Shown: positions 17,965 to 27,889, counted from the stretch's first letter. The stretch: 32,000 nt of DNA from Erysipelotrichaceae bacterium (GCA_028698185.1 JAQVDW010000001.1:90001-122000), one strand, 5' to 3'. Made by a program: numbers and translations. Notes: a model not told the origin generated them from the letters alone.

Positions 17965-18510
17965 TTAAACGGTAAGAATGTCTTTTTCTTTGACTTTCCC
18001 GATTTCGTCAACCTCCTTAACGAATCTGTCAGTCAATTTCTGGACAGTTTCCTGCCCGCCTTTGATTTCGTCTTCTGAAATTTCCAGCTTCTTGATTTCA
18101 TCGTTGCAATCGCGACGGATGTTGCGGATGGCAACTTTGGCTTTTTCCGCAAACTTCCAGACATCTTTGGCATACTCTTTACGTCTTTCCTCAGTCAAAG
18201 GAGGAACGTTGATGCGGATGACCTCTCCGTCATTTTGAGGAGTAAGGCCAAGATTGGCTTCGAAAATACCGTGTTCGATATCTTTCAATGCCGAACGGTC
18301 ATAAGGTTTGACCATCAGCTGGCGACCTTCGACAACCTTGATGCTGGCAACCTGGTTGATAGGAGTCGGTGACCCGTAATAGTTTACATTGACGCGATCA
18401 AGCATTGTCGGATTGGCCCGACCGGTTCTGATTGTCGCCAGTTCGCGGTTATAGGCGTCAATAGCCTTTTCCATTCTTTCTTGACAATCTTCGATAATCA
18501 TATCTAACAT
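17965..18510 (-). CDS. frr: Ribosome recycling factor
   Basis: ERMEKAIDAYNRELATIRTGRANPTMLDRV... matches Frr. The start was set to the ATG at 18510, preceded by GAGGTG with 6-nt spacing. The ORF-track start at 18519 is a GTG inside that SD. Confidence 0.93.
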   Translation of the reverse strand: MLDMIIEDCQERMEKAIDAYNRELATIRTGRANPTMLDRVNVNYYGSPTPINQVASIKVVEGRQLMVKPYDRSALKDIEHGIFEANLGLTPQNDGEVIRINVPPLTEERRKEYAKDVWKFAEKAKVAIRNIRRDCNDEIKKLEISEDEIKGGQETVQKLTDRFVKEVDEIGKVKEKDILTV

Positions 18511-18511
18511 A

Positions 18512-19228
18512 TTATTCACCTCGATAAATTATTGTTCCGATTTTTTTACCATCACAAGCTTTGGCGATATTGCCTTCTTCTTGCATGTTAAATACACAAA
18601 TGTCGATGCTGTTGTCTTTGCAAAGTGTGATTGCAGTCTGGTCCATTATCTGCAGATCTTTGGCAATGACATCGTTGTAAGTGATCTGGTCATAGCGTAC
18701 CGCGTTTTTGTCGATCTTAGGATCGGCAGAGTAGACACCGTCAACTCCGTTTTTAGCCATCAGCAATACATCGGCATTGATTTCGGCAGCTCTAAGTGAA
18801 GCAGTTGTATCAGTAGTGAAGAATGGTGATCCTGTTCCGGCCCCGAAAATCACGACACGGCCTTTTTCCAAATGACGGACAGCTTTACGGCGGATGAATG
18901 GTTCAGCAATCTGGCGCATTTCGATCGCTGTTTGCATCCGGGTTTCAACCCCGATCTGTTCCAAAGCATTTTGGACAGCCAGACCGTTCATGACAGTCGC
19001 CAACATCCCCATGTAATCGGCAGTAGAACGTTCCATTCCCATGTTTTCACCGGTTTTGCCACGCCAAATATTCCCGCCACCGCAAACAATGGCAATTTCG
19101 ATTCCTAGATCTTTGGCATCTTTGATCTGACGTGCGATGTTGGCAACAGTTGCCGCATCGATTCCGGTTCCGGATTCACCGGCAAGCGCTTCACCGCTTA
19201 ATTTTAATAAAACTCGATTGTATTTCAT
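18512..19228 (-). CDS. pyrH: UMP kinase
   Basis: 238 aa. [15 protein letters not shown]...[10 protein letters not shown]...[13 protein letters not shown] match the family. Confidence 0.96.
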   Translation of the reverse strand: MKYNRVLLKLSGEALAGESGTGIDAATVANIARQIKDAKDLGIEIAIVCGGGNIWRGKTGENMGMERSTADYMGMLATVMNGLAVQNALEQIGVETRMQTAIEMRQIAEPFIRRKAVRHLEKGRVVIFGAGTGSPFFTTDTTASLRAAEINADVLLMAKNGVDGVYSADPKIDKNAVRYDQITYNDVIAKDLQIMDQTAITLCKDNSIDICVFNMQEEGNIAKACDGKKIGTIIYRGE

Positions 19229-19239
19229 CCCTATTTCCT

Positions 19240-19267
19240 AAAAAAAGACACAATTAGTGTGTCTTTT
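19240..19267 (-). terminator. Terminator-like hairpin between tsf and pyrH
   Basis: On the minus strand: AAAAGACACA-CTAAT-TGTGTCTTTT followed by TTTAGG. It overlaps the tsf stop and ends 11 nt before the pyrH ATG. Confidence 0.65.
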
Positions 19268-20153
19268 AACCTTTCATTTGAGCAGCTACTTCTTCAGCAA
19301 AGTCAACGACTTTCTTTTCGATACCTTCTCCAACTTGGAAACGGCTCATTTCTAATACTTGGCCACCATTTAAGTATTGAGCAACTGTTTGATCAGGGTT
19401 TTTGATGAATTCTTGGTCAACCAAGCACATTTCTTTCAAGTTTTTATTCAAACGACCTTCGACCATCTTTTCGATGATATTGTCTGGTTTTGGTTTAGCA
19501 GCACCGGCGTTTTCTTCTTTGGCTTGAGCCAACAATACAGCACTTTCGTGTTCTAAAACTTCCGCAGGGATAGCAGTGCGGTCGATGTATTGTGGGTTAG
19601 CAGCGGCAACGTGCATTGCAACATCGCGGGCAACTTCTCCAGAAGCACCTTCAACTTTTACAACGGCAGTCATTTTACCACCCATGTGTGAGTAAGCACC
19701 GAATTCTTGGGCTTCAGTTTTTTCGATTAAAACGAAACGACGGAAAGACAATTTTTCCCCGATTTTTCCAGAAGCTTCAGCGATGAATGTCGCCAAATCT
19801 TTACCTTCAACATCGATAGCCAAAGCAGCATCCAGATCAGCTGGTTTGTTTGCAACAACCAATTGAGCGACTTTGTTTACCAAGCCGATAAACTCGTCAT
19901 TTTTTGCAACGAAGTCAGTTTCTGAGTTGACTTCAACCATAGCGGCAGTGTTTCCTTCAACTACGAATGCAGTCAATCCTTCTGCAGCGATACGGTCAGC
20001 TTTTTTGGCAGCTTTCGCAATCCCTTTTTCTCTTAACCAGTCAAAAGAAGCTTCGATGTTTCCATCGCATTCTTCCAATGCTTTTTTGCAGTCCATCATC
20101 CCTGCACCAGTTTTTTCGCGTAATTCTTTTACTAATTTTGCACTAATTGCCAT
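19266..20153 (-). CDS. tsf: Elongation factor Ts
   Basis: The start was moved to the ATG at 20153 (MAISAKLVKELREKTGAGMMDCKKAL), preceded by AGGAG at 8 nt. Confidence 0.96.
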   Translation of the reverse strand: MAISAKLVKELREKTGAGMMDCKKALEECDGNIEASFDWLREKGIAKAAKKADRIAAEGLTAFVVEGNTAAMVEVNSETDFVAKNDEFIGLVNKVAQLVVANKPADLDAALAIDVEGKDLATFIAEASGKIGEKLSFRRFVLIEKTEAQEFGAYSHMGGKMTAVVKVEGASGEVARDVAMHVAAANPQYIDRTAIPAEVLEHESAVLLAQAKEENAGAAKPKPDNIIEKMVEGRLNKNLKEMCLVDQEFIKNPDQTVAQYLNGGQVLEMSRFQVGEGIEKKVVDFAEEVAAQMKG

Positions 20154-20174
20154 TATGTTTTCTCCTATCATTTT

Positions 20175-20203
20175 TAAAAAAGAGAAAGACAAAGCTTTCT
20201 CTT
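20175..20203 (-). terminator. Terminator or attenuator hairpin between rpsB and tsf
   Basis: On the minus strand: AGAGAAAG-CTTTGT-CTTTCTCT followed by TTTTTTAAAAAT. Confidence 0.6.
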
Positions 20204-20228
20204 AAGTTAGTTATTTATATCGCTTTGA

Positions 20229-21083
20229 CTATTTAGTTTCTGAATTTCTAGGTCCACGGTTGTAGTTACGGTTTTGTCCTTGACCAGCTTTGTTACGTGG
20301 TGTTCTCTTTGGACGGTTACGGCTGTTTTCTACAGAAGTAACAGCATCATCCATTGATACTTCGCTTTCATCTTCATCTTTGACATAGGCAACAGTCAAA
20401 GGTTCGTTGTTGGCTTCACAAATCGCATCAGCCATAGCCGCAGTGATCAATTTAACCGCACGGATAGCGTCATCATTTGCAGGGATTACGTAATCAACTT
20501 CATCAGGATCGCAGTTTGTATCAACGATACCGAATACAGGGATTCCTAAGATTTTTGCTTCAGCAACTGCATTGTGCTCAGCTTTTGGATCAACTACGAA
20601 TAATGCCGCAGGCAATCCTTTCATTTCCTTAATACCACCTAAGTTCTTTTCCAATTTAGCAGCTTCTTTGCGTAACAGGATAACTTCTTTTTTAGGCAAT
20701 ACTTCGAAAGTTCCATCTTCTTCCATTTTTTCCAAATCGATCAGACGTTTGATACGTTTTTGGATAGTTTTGTAGTTAGTTAAAGTCCCCCCCAACCAAC
20801 GTGAATTTACGAAGAATGCGTTAGCACGAACTGCTTCTTCAGCGATTGCTTCACGGGCTTGTTTTTTTGTTCCGACGAACAAGATTTTTCCACCTTTAGC
20901 AGCGATTTCGTTCATTGCTTTGTAAGCTTCATCGATTTTCTTAGATGTTTTTTGCAAATCGATAATGTAAATTCCATTACGAGATGTGAAGATGTATGGA
21001 GCCATTTTTGGATTCCATCTTTTTGTTTGGTGTCCGAAATGCACACCAACTTCTAATAATTTTTTCATTGAAATTACTGACAT
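20229..21083 (-). CDS. rpsB: 30S ribosomal protein S2 with basic, Asn/Arg-rich C-terminal tail
   Basis: The start was moved to the ATG at 21083 ([27 protein letters not shown]), preceded by GGAGGAAG. The tail reads ...[31 protein letters not shown]. Confidence 0.96.
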   Translation of the reverse strand: MSVISMKKLLEVGVHFGHQTKRWNPKMAPYIFTSRNGIYIIDLQKTSKKIDEAYKAMNEIAAKGGKILFVGTKKQAREAIAEEAVRANAFFVNSRWLGGTLTNYKTIQKRIKRLIDLEKMEEDGTFEVLPKKEVILLRKEAAKLEKNLGGIKEMKGLPAALFVVDPKAEHNAVAEAKILGIPVFGIVDTNCDPDEVDYVIPANDDAIRAVKLITAAMADAICEANNEPLTVAYVKDEDESEVSMDDAVTSVENSRNRPKRTPRNKAGQGQNRNYNRGPRNSETK

Positions 21084-21192
21084 GTAACTTCCTCCTTCGT
21101 TGTTTTCCTCCATTACTTCGAACGCCAATCACCGACAACCGCCGGCACTCGATGGGCGAATTCATAATGTGTGTATTTTAAATACCTTCGAT

Positions 21193-21221
21193 ATACTATC
21201 ACAGTTTGCCTAAATATTCAA
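21193..21221 (-). promoter_or_regulatory. Candidate sigma-A promoter of rpsB
   Basis: On the minus strand: TTGAAT (21221..21216), a 17-nt spacer ending in TGA, then TAGTAT (21198..21193). It would give a leader of about 105 nt. Confidence 0.5.
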
Positions 21222-21235
21222 GTGAAAAATGGAAA

Positions 21236-22144
21236 CTAATCTCCTTTTTTATTGCGGATGTTTGCTTTCCTGTAGACAGCCGCCAGGTGTTCCTTGGTTA
21301 TATGGGTGTATATCTGGGTGGTTGAAAGGTTTTCATGGCCGAGCAGTTCCTGGACAAACCTGATATTCGCGCCCGCTTCCAACAGGTGGGTGGCCAGGGA
21401 GTGGCGGAACATATGGGGGTAGAGTCGCCGCGATCCGCTAAAACCCTCCCCTATTTTTCCGATTATTTTTTCCAGACCCCTGGTTGTAAGCTGATTGCCA
21501 AAGCGGTTGACAAAAAGATAGTCATGGACCGTGGAACAATTGGCTCCAAGATCGTTGCGGGTGGTGCTAAGATAATCTTGGAGCAGCAATGCCACTTCGT
21601 CGCAAAATGGTACGAATCGCTGTTTGTTGCCCTTTCCGATGACGCTGATGATCTGCTCGTTTAGATCGATGTCGCCAAGTCGAAGGTTCACCAGTTCCCC
21701 GGCTCTAAGGCCGCAGGCATAGAGCATCTCCACCATCAGCTGGTTGCGCCTTTCCAGCGGAGAATTGACAGGCAGGCCATCGAGCAGATCGTTAATTTCA
21801 TCAAGGTAGAGAAATTCGGGATCCTGGCGGCGGGTTTTGAGCGATTCGACCAGTTTGAAGGGATTGGACTCCAGATAATCCTGCTTTACCAGGTAGTTGA
21901 AAAACGAGCGTTGGACACTAAGGCGGTGGTTGATGCTGTTTTTTTTGAGTTTTTTCTCGCTCAAATACACCAGGTAGCCCCGGACAAACTGATAGTCAAC
22001 CTGCTCGATTGTGAGCACCTGGGAATCAAGATAACCCAAAAACTCGCTTATCTCGCGCCGGTATGACTCCACCGTCTTGGAAGAATATGCCTTTTGATGT
22101 TCCAGGTAATCGAGAAATTCACTCAGCCATTCAGTCGAGTCCAT
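21236..22144 (-). CDS. xerC: Tyrosine site-specific recombinase XerC/CodV type
   Basis: The likely start is the ATG at 22144 ([32 protein letters not shown]), overlapping the trmFO stop by 14 nt. The catalytic region is [10 protein letters not shown]...[38 protein letters not shown]. Confidence 0.88.
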   Translation of the reverse strand: MDSTEWLSEFLDYLEHQKAYSSKTVESYRREISEFLGYLDSQVLTIEQVDYQFVRGYLVYLSEKKLKKNSINHRLSVQRSFFNYLVKQDYLESNPFKLVESLKTRRQDPEFLYLDEINDLLDGLPVNSPLERRNQLMVEMLYACGLRAGELVNLRLGDIDLNEQIISVIGKGNKQRFVPFCDEVALLLQDYLSTTRNDLGANCSTVHDYLFVNRFGNQLTTRGLEKIIGKIGEGFSGSRRLYPHMFRHSLATHLLEAGANIRFVQELLGHENLSTTQIYTHITKEHLAAVYRKANIRNKKGD

Positions 22145-23435
22145 GGTCTTTGACAAACTGTTCCATGACCTCAAGGGCCCGTAAGCCATAGGCTTCCTTG
22201 CGCATTTTTTTCTTGACCCGAACTTCAAGGTCTTTGATTATTCCAAAGTTGGCCTTCATCGGTTGGAATTCGGTTGCACTGGCATTGGTGATGTAGTATG
22301 ACAGGGCCCCCATCACAGTTTCCTGCGGGAAGACAACCGGCTCCAGATCATTGATCTGGTTGTAGACATTGAGCGCCGCCACAAGACCCGATTGGGCCGA
22401 TTCGACATAACCTTCGACCCCGGTTATCTGTCCGGCCAGATACACCTGATCGTCGTTTTTTAGTCGGTATGTCTGCTCGAGATGGACCGGTGAACATATG
22501 TAGCTGTTGCGGTGCATGACTCCATATCGGACAATATGGGCGTTTTCAAGTCCGGGAATCATCTGGATGATCCTTTTTTGCTCCGGCCAGGTCAGATGGG
22601 TCTGGAAGCCGACAATATTGTACAAAGACGCCTGGGCGTTATCCTGGCGCAGCTGCACCACAGCATATGGCCTGATGCCTTCAGGTGTGTTCAATCCAAC
22701 GGGCTTCATCGGACCAAAAAGCAAGGTCTGTTCGCCTCTTCGGGCGATTTCCTCAAAAGGCATGCAGCCTTCGAAAAACTTCTCTTCGAAATCTTTAGGC
22801 TTCACGACCTGGGCGTTGATCAGCTCGTTGTAGAAATTTTCAAACTCTTCCTTGGTCATCGGGCAGTTGATATATTCGCCATCCCCCTTGTCATAGCGTG
22901 ATTTGAAATATGCCTTGGTGAAATCGACACTGTCCTTTTCGATGATCGGAGCCGCCGCGTCGAAGAAATAGAAATAGTCGCTTCCTATTTTCTCGCTGAT
23001 CGCCTTTGCCAAAGGCTCCGAGGTCAGCGGACCCGATGCGATGATTGTCAGCCCCTCGGGGATGGTGGTGACTTCCTGGTGGATGACCTCGATGTTTTCA
23101 TGATTGTTGATGATGTCGGTCAGTTCGCGCCCGAAACCTTCGCGGTCTACGGCCAGCGCCCCACCGGCAGGAACAGCATGCTTGCGGGCGGTTTTGATGA
23201 TGATCGAATCAAGCATCTCCATTTCCCGTTTCAAGACACCGACGGCGTTGACCAGATTGTCGCCCCGCAATGAATTCGAACAGACAAGCTCGCCATAATA
23301 GTCCGACTGGTGGGCCGGGGTCTTCTTGGCCGGGCGCATCTCATAGAGGCGCACCTTGATGTTTCTTTTGGCCAGCTGGTAGCTCGCCTCAACGCCAGCC
23401 AGACCGGCGCCAATCACATTTACATAGTTTTCCAT
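22131..23435 (-). CDS. trmFO: Methylenetetrahydrofolate--tRNA-(uracil54-C5)-methyltransferase (FADH2-oxidising)
   Basis: 434 aa. [20 protein letters not shown] is the FAD-binding GxGxxG motif. Gid/TrmFO-type sequence runs throughout. It follows topA as in Bacillus. Confidence 0.95.
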   Translation of the reverse strand: MENYVNVIGAGLAGVEASYQLAKRNIKVRLYEMRPAKKTPAHQSDYYGELVCSNSLRGDNLVNAVGVLKREMEMLDSIIIKTARKHAVPAGGALAVDREGFGRELTDIINNHENIEVIHQEVTTIPEGLTIIASGPLTSEPLAKAISEKIGSDYFYFFDAAAPIIEKDSVDFTKAYFKSRYDKGDGEYINCPMTKEEFENFYNELINAQVVKPKDFEEKFFEGCMPFEEIARRGEQTLLFGPMKPVGLNTPEGIRPYAVVQLRQDNAQASLYNIVGFQTHLTWPEQKRIIQMIPGLENAHIVRYGVMHRNSYICSPVHLEQTYRLKNDDQVYLAGQITGVEGYVESAQSGLVAALNVYNQINDLEPVVFPQETVMGALSYYITNASATEFQPMKANFGIIKDLEVRVKKKMRKEAYGLRALEVMEQFVKDHGLD

Positions 23436-23444
23436 TTTTTTCTC

Positions 23445-23481
23445 CTATAAAAAACAATCATAATTACTTTATGATTGTTTT
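23445..23481 (-). terminator. AT-rich terminator-like hairpin at topA 3' end
   Basis: On the minus strand: AAAACAATCATAA-AGTAA-TTATGATTGTTTT followed by TTATAGG. The 5' arm encodes the last five topA codons and the stop codon lies in the loop. It ends about 10 nt before the trmFO ATG, abutting the trmFO SD. Confidence 0.55.
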
Positions 23482-25542
23482 GCACTTTGGATAATTCGAA
23501 CAAGCTTTGAACTCACCGAAGCGGCCTTGCTTGATGACGATTGGTTCTCCACATTCAGGACACTTCTCATCAGTCACAACCGGCTCTTTTTTAACCGTAG
23601 ATTTCTTTTTGATGTATTTGCATTCGGGATAATTCGAACAAGCTTCGAACTTGCCAAATCGACCGGTCTTGAAGATCATCTTCGAACCGCATTGCGGACA
23701 TACCTCGCCAGTCTCCTCGACTGCCACCGGTTCTTTTTTGATGTACTTGCATTCAGGGTAGTTTTCACACGCCACGAATTTGCCAAACCGACCGTTTCTT
23801 TCAACCAGGTCATGACCGCATTGAGGACATTTTTCACCGGTCTTCTTGGGGGCCACGACTTCCATTTTATCATAGGCATTGTCAACCAAAGGTTGGAAAC
23901 GGTCCAGGAAGGTCCGCAAGGTCTTCTCGTATTCGTTTTTGCCTTCGGCAATCTCGTCTAGTTCCTGCTCCATGGTCGCGGTATATTCGACGTTGATGAT
24001 GTCGTTGAAATATTCCGTAAGTTTGTCATTGGTCAACACACCGCTTTCGGTCGGGAAGAATGCCTTGTTTTCAAGCTTGACATATCCTCTTGCCTGAATG
24101 GTGTCGATAATGGTCGCATATGTGCTTGGCCGGCCGATTCCCAATTCCTCCATCGTCTTGATGAGCTTGGCTTCAGAATAGCGCGCTGGCGGTTTGGTGA
24201 AATGCTGGGTCTTTTCAATCGACTCGCTGGCAATCATCTGCTCCTCACTCAAATCGGGCAGGATCTCGTCGGTTTGTTGCTCGTAAGGGCCATAAATTTT
24301 CAGGTAACCGTCGAAGTAAAGGATCGAACCGCTGCTGTTGAACTTGTAGCCGTTGTTGTCCAATACCAGGCTTGTGGCATCCAGTTTGGCGCTTGCCATC
24401 AGTGAAGCCAGGGCCCGGGCATAGATAAGCGAATAAAGCTTGAACTCGTCGTTGCTCAGGTGTTTTTTCATCACTTCGGGAGTCCGCTCGATCGAAGTCG
24501 GACGGATTCCTTCATGGGCATCCTGGACGTTTTCGGTCTTGGTCGACTTTTTCACTTTTCCAAGATACTGTTTCCCGTAGTTTTCCTTGATGAATTCCTG
24601 GGCGCTATCGACAAATGTGTCCGACAAGCGGATCGAATCGGTACGCATGTAAGTGATAAGACCGACAGTCTCGTCACCGATGTTGATCCCCTCGTAAAGC
24701 TTTTGGGCAACCGACATTGTCTTGCGGGCAGCCATATTCAGCTTGCTTGAGGCTTCCTGTTGCAATGTTGAAGTGATGAATGGCGGCTTCGAATTTTTCG
24801 ATTTCCGCGTCTTCTTGATGCTTTCAACCTTGAACTGCCTGTCTAGGGCGTTGTAGATGTCAAGAGCCTGGGCTTCATTGGTGATCTTGAGTTTCTTGGT
24901 TTCAAGCTTGTTTAGCTCGGCTTTGAATGGAATATCGTCTTCTTTGAAAGATGCGATTACTTTCCAGTATTCTTCAGGGGTGAAGGCTTCGATTTCCTTT
25001 TCTTTCTCGCAGATCAGCCGCAGAGCCACTGATTGGACCCGGCCGGCCGATTTCGACTTGATTTTGCGTTGCAGCAGTTTCGACAGCTTGAATCCGATGA
25101 TCCGGTCAAGAACCCGGCGGGTTTCCTGCGAATGGACCAGATCCAGGTCAATCCGGCGGGGATTGTTCAAAGAGTTGATGACCGCATCCTTGGTGACCTC
25201 GTTGAAAACAATCCGGTTGGTCAAATCCATGTCGACATTGAGGACTTGGGCAAGATGGTAAGAAATTGCTTCCCCTTCGCGGTCGGGATCGGTTGCCAGA
25301 TAAACAAAATCGGCATCCTTGACCAGTTTCTTCAGTTCCTTGACCGTGTCGTTTTTCCTTCTTGGAACAACGTACTTCGGTTCAAAGTGGTTTTCGACAT
25401 CGACACCCAGGCCTTCCTTGCCTGAAGTTGAAAGGTCACGGATATGTCCTTTTGATGATGTCACAATATAGTCAGAGCCCAGATAGTGCTCGATTGTTTT
25501 AGATTTTGATGGTGATTCGACGATAACAAGTTTCTTTCCCAT
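23464..25542 (-). CDS. topA: DNA topoisomerase I
   Basis: 692 aa. It has a TOPRIM N-terminus (LVIVESPSKSKTI), an active-site region (...TYMRTDS...) and three C-terminal C4 zinc-ribbon repeats. Confidence 0.97.
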   Translation of the reverse strand: MGKKLVIVESPSKSKTIEHYLGSDYIVTSSKGHIRDLSTSGKEGLGVDVENHFEPKYVVPRRKNDTVKELKKLVKDADFVYLATDPDREGEAISYHLAQVLNVDMDLTNRIVFNEVTKDAVINSLNNPRRIDLDLVHSQETRRVLDRIIGFKLSKLLQRKIKSKSAGRVQSVALRLICEKEKEIEAFTPEEYWKVIASFKEDDIPFKAELNKLETKKLKITNEAQALDIYNALDRQFKVESIKKTRKSKNSKPPFITSTLQQEASSKLNMAARKTMSVAQKLYEGINIGDETVGLITYMRTDSIRLSDTFVDSAQEFIKENYGKQYLGKVKKSTKTENVQDAHEGIRPTSIERTPEVMKKHLSNDEFKLYSLIYARALASLMASAKLDATSLVLDNNGYKFNSSGSILYFDGYLKIYGPYEQQTDEILPDLSEEQMIASESIEKTQHFTKPPARYSEAKLIKTMEELGIGRPSTYATIIDTIQARGYVKLENKAFFPTESGVLTNDKLTEYFNDIINVEYTATMEQELDEIAEGKNEYEKTLRTFLDRFQPLVDNAYDKMEVVAPKKTGEKCPQCGHDLVERNGRFGKFVACENYPECKYIKKEPVAVEETGEVCPQCGSKMIFKTGRFGKFEACSNYPECKYIKKKSTVKKEPVVTDEKCPECGEPIVIKQGRFGEFKACSNYPKCKTIIK

Positions 25543-25562
25543 GCGCTTACCTCCGTACTTTT

Positions 25563-25590
25563 ATAATAACAAGACAAAAAAATTTGTCAA
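25563..25590 (-). promoter_or_regulatory. Candidate sigma-A promoter of topA
   Basis: On the minus strand: TTGACA (25590..25585), a 16-nt spacer ending in TGT, then TATTAT (25568..25563). Confidence 0.55.
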
Positions 25591-25601
25591 ATAAAAAAAT
25601 T

Positions 25602-26351
25602 TCAGTCCAGGATGTCGCCAACGCCTAAAACAAGCTTCGCCCCCTGCTGGATGAGCATGTTGCAGCCCCGGTTTTCATCGAAGCGACCCGGGACACAATA
25701 AATGTCTTTGCCGGCCTCCAAGCCGAATCCTACAGTTATCATCGTCCCCGAACGCTCCCTGGCTTCGACCACGAGAATCTTGGATGCCAGGCCGGCAATG
25801 ATCCGATTGCGGCTGGGAAAATTGCCAGGAGCGGCTTTGGTCGTGTCGGGATATTCGGATATGATCAGCTGCGAACTTTTTAGATCTTCGTACAGTTCTT
25901 GGTGGCGTTTGGGATAGCAGTTGTTGATACCCGAGCCGAGCACCGCAACCGTGTTGCCGCTGCTACTTAGCGCCTCCTGATGGGCGTAATAATCGATTCC
26001 TAGAGCCATGCCCGAGATAATGACATAACCCGATTCGACAAGTTGCCGGGTGAAAAAATCGGCCGCCTTTTTGCCGTATTCACTGGCCTTGCGCATGCCG
26101 ATGACTGCAATCAGGTCGTTGTCAAGCAGTGTAAGATCGCCGTGATAAAACAGGACAAACGGCGGTGAACTGATGTGTTTTAGCGCCTCGGGGTAATTGT
26201 CATCGATTATCGTAACATAATGGGAGTTGACTTTCGCTGTCAACTCCTGAAGGCCATTCATGTCGACTTTCTCCTTTTTATGCAAGGCGTTGTAAATTCC
26301 GGTAAAATCACCTTCATATTTCAAAGCAAAATAAAGCAAGATTTCACGCAT
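25602..26351 (-). CDS. dprA: DNA-processing protein DprA/Smf (compact form)
   Basis: 249 aa Rossmann-like DprA core: VIGMRKASEYGKK...IISGMALGIDYYAHQEAL...TVAVLGSGI...SRNRIIAGL...VVEARERSGTMIT. Confidence 0.88.
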   Translation of the reverse strand: MREILLYFALKYEGDFTGIYNALHKKEKVDMNGLQELTAKVNSHYVTIIDDNYPEALKHISSPPFVLFYHGDLTLLDNDLIAVIGMRKASEYGKKAADFFTRQLVESGYVIISGMALGIDYYAHQEALSSSGNTVAVLGSGINNCYPKRHQELYEDLKSSQLIISEYPDTTKAAPGNFPSRNRIIAGLASKILVVEARERSGTMITVGFGLEAGKDIYCVPGRFDENRGCNMLIQQGAKLVLGVGDILD

Positions 26352-26394
26352 ATCATTTTTCCTCCTAATGATTAATGCTTGAAATCTTCGCGTT

Positions 26395-26997
26395 TTACTT
26401 TTTATTCAAGATGTCCTGGACCGGTTTGAAGCTGATCCGGTGGATGGGAGTACAGCCATAGGTCGCTAAGGCTTCCTTATGCGCCTTGGTCACGTATCCC
26501 TTGTGCTTTTCAAAGCCGTATTGGGGATAAGTGACTGCATGACCTTCCATCAGTCGGTCGCGGGTAACCTTGGCTAGGATGCTTGCCGCGGCGATGCTGA
26601 TCGACTTGGCATCACCCTTGATGATTGCCTCATGGTCGATGCCATCGAGAGGCATCGCATCGCTTAGCGCGAATGTGTCTTCCCTGATGATCTTCGATAC
26701 GCACTTTTCCATGCCAATCTTGCTTGCTTGATAGACGTTCTGGTTGTCCACATCCGCGACGCTGACTATCTCGATATGATAGGCTACGGCATTGGCGATG
26801 ATTTCATCAAAAAGCAGATCACGTTTTTTTGCGGTCAGCTTTTTGGAATCGTTGATGGCCTCGTTCTGGTAATCGTTTGGCAGGATCACTCCCGCCACGA
26901 CAAGTTCGCCAGCCATCGGTCCCCGGCCCGCCTCATCGAGTCCGATGATATGGCTATAGTTCAAAGCCAGATATTTGTTTTCGTAATCGCGCATCAT
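26395..26997 (-). CDS. rnhB: Ribonuclease HII
   Basis: 200 aa. GLDEAGRGPMAGELVVAGV...DSKKLT...ASILAKVTRD match the family. An ATGA overlap links it to rbgA. Confidence 0.95.
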   Translation of the reverse strand: MMRDYENKYLALNYSHIIGLDEAGRGPMAGELVVAGVILPNDYQNEAINDSKKLTAKKRDLLFDEIIANAVAYHIEIVSVADVDNQNVYQASKIGMEKCVSKIIREDTFALSDAMPLDGIDHEAIIKGDAKSISIAAASILAKVTRDRLMEGHAVTYPQYGFEKHKGYVTKAHKEALATYGCTPIHRISFKPVQDILNKK

Positions 26998-27839
26998 TCG
27001 AAGCTCACCTTACCGATCGAACCGTCGTTGATCTCGCTGAACACAAGTTCCATCACGCGGTCATAGTCAACATCGCCGCGGTTGGGCTTGATTTTGCGGG
27101 TCGAAGCGATGACTTCGAAACACCGCTGCAGCCAATCCTGTTCGAAGTCGATTTCAAGATTGTAGCGGTCCTTGAGCAGGTGGGGATAGTTTTTCCCGAG
27201 ATATTCCATCAGATAGATGAAAAGCTCGTCCAAAGGCAGGATTTGCAGTTTGATCGAACCAATGATCGCAATGTTGCGGGCTGTGATTTCGTTGTCGAAA
27301 CGGGGCCACAATACACCTGGAGTGTCGAAAAGCTCGAAATCCTTGTCGACTTTGATGATTTGTTGGGCCTTGGTGACTCCGGGCCGGTTGCCGGTCACAG
27401 TAGCCTTACGCTTGGCGATTTTGTTGATGAATGTCGATTTCCCCACATTCGGGATCCCGATGACCATTGCCCGCATCGGGCGGGGACGCAGACCTTTGGC
27501 CGCTTCCCTGGCCATCTTCTCCTTGAGGACTTCCTTGCAAAGATCGATGACTTTCTTGTATTCGTTGAAGTTTTTGAGATTGACAGTGATGACAAAATAT
27601 CCCTGGTCGCGGTAATATTTTTCATAATATGCGACCCGCTTTTCATCGGCCATATCTTTTTTGGTCATGACGATCAGTCGGGGTTTGTTTTTGATAACCT
27701 CATTGAACATCGGATTTTTCGATGATACCGGTGCGCGGGCATCGACAAGCTCGATGACGATGTCGATTACTTTGAGCTTCTCACCTATTTCCCGTTTGGC
27801 TTTGGCCATATGTCCGGGATACCATTGGATGTTTTTCAT
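26994..27839 (-). CDS. rbgA: Ribosome biogenesis GTPase A (YlqF)
   Basis: 281 aa. MKNIQWYPGHMAKAKREI is the typical N-terminus. The G-motifs are circularly permuted: MTKKD...GIPNVGKSTFIN...DTPG. Confidence 0.95.
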   Translation of the reverse strand: MKNIQWYPGHMAKAKREIGEKLKVIDIVIELVDARAPVSSKNPMFNEVIKNKPRLIVMTKKDMADEKRVAYYEKYYRDQGYFVITVNLKNFNEYKKVIDLCKEVLKEKMAREAAKGLRPRPMRAMVIGIPNVGKSTFINKIAKRKATVTGNRPGVTKAQQIIKVDKDFELFDTPGVLWPRFDNEITARNIAIIGSIKLQILPLDELFIYLMEYLGKNYPHLLKDRYNLEIDFEQDWLQRCFEVIASTRKIKPNRGDVDYDRVMELVFSEINDGSIGKVSFE

Positions 27840-27857
27840 AATAGTCTCCTTTATTAA

Positions 27858-27883
27858 ACAAAAAGGAATGGTTCCCCATTCCT
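27858..27883 (-). terminator. Terminator-like hairpin between rplS and rbgA
   Basis: On the minus strand: AGGAATGG-GGAA-CCATTCCT followed by TTTTGTTT, 6 nt after the rplS stop. Confidence 0.7.
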
Positions 27884-27889
27884 GATTGA

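Noticed and set aside
21084-21128. N-terminal extensions in the ORF track for rpsB (21084..21128), tsf (20154..20192), rplS (28241..28261), trmD (29088..29162), xerC (22145..22228), rimP (10834..10851), uppS (17884..17901) and frr (18511..18519)
   Set aside because: In each case an internal ATG is preceded by a good GGAGG-type SD at 5-9 nt, and the protein then begins at the conserved family N-terminus. The extensions usually start at TTG or GTG within, or upstream of, that SD.
23464-23860. Three tandem repeats of about 105 nt at the DNA level
   Set aside because: They encode the three C-terminal C4 zinc-ribbon modules of topoisomerase I (CPxCG...GRFGKF.AC.NYP.CK). This is a normal feature of TopA, not a non-coding repeat array.
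25573-25588. GACAAA-(4 nt)-TTTGTC hairpin as a dprA terminator
   Set aside because: It is a 6-bp all-weak stem with no proper downstream U-tract on the minus strand, and it overlaps the topA -35 region. It is more likely a coincidence of AT-rich promoter DNA.
27180-27725. Long plus-strand ORFs antisense to conserved genes (27180..27725 181 aa, 5547..5993 148 aa, 7811..8236 141 aa, 12673..13113 146 aa, 23527..23961 144 aa and others)
   Set aside because: Each lies entirely inside a well-supported minus-strand gene. They have no SD or promoter and show the odd amino-acid composition typical of antisense frames (rich in Phe, Leu, Asp, Val, Arg and Ser). I treat them as frame artefacts.
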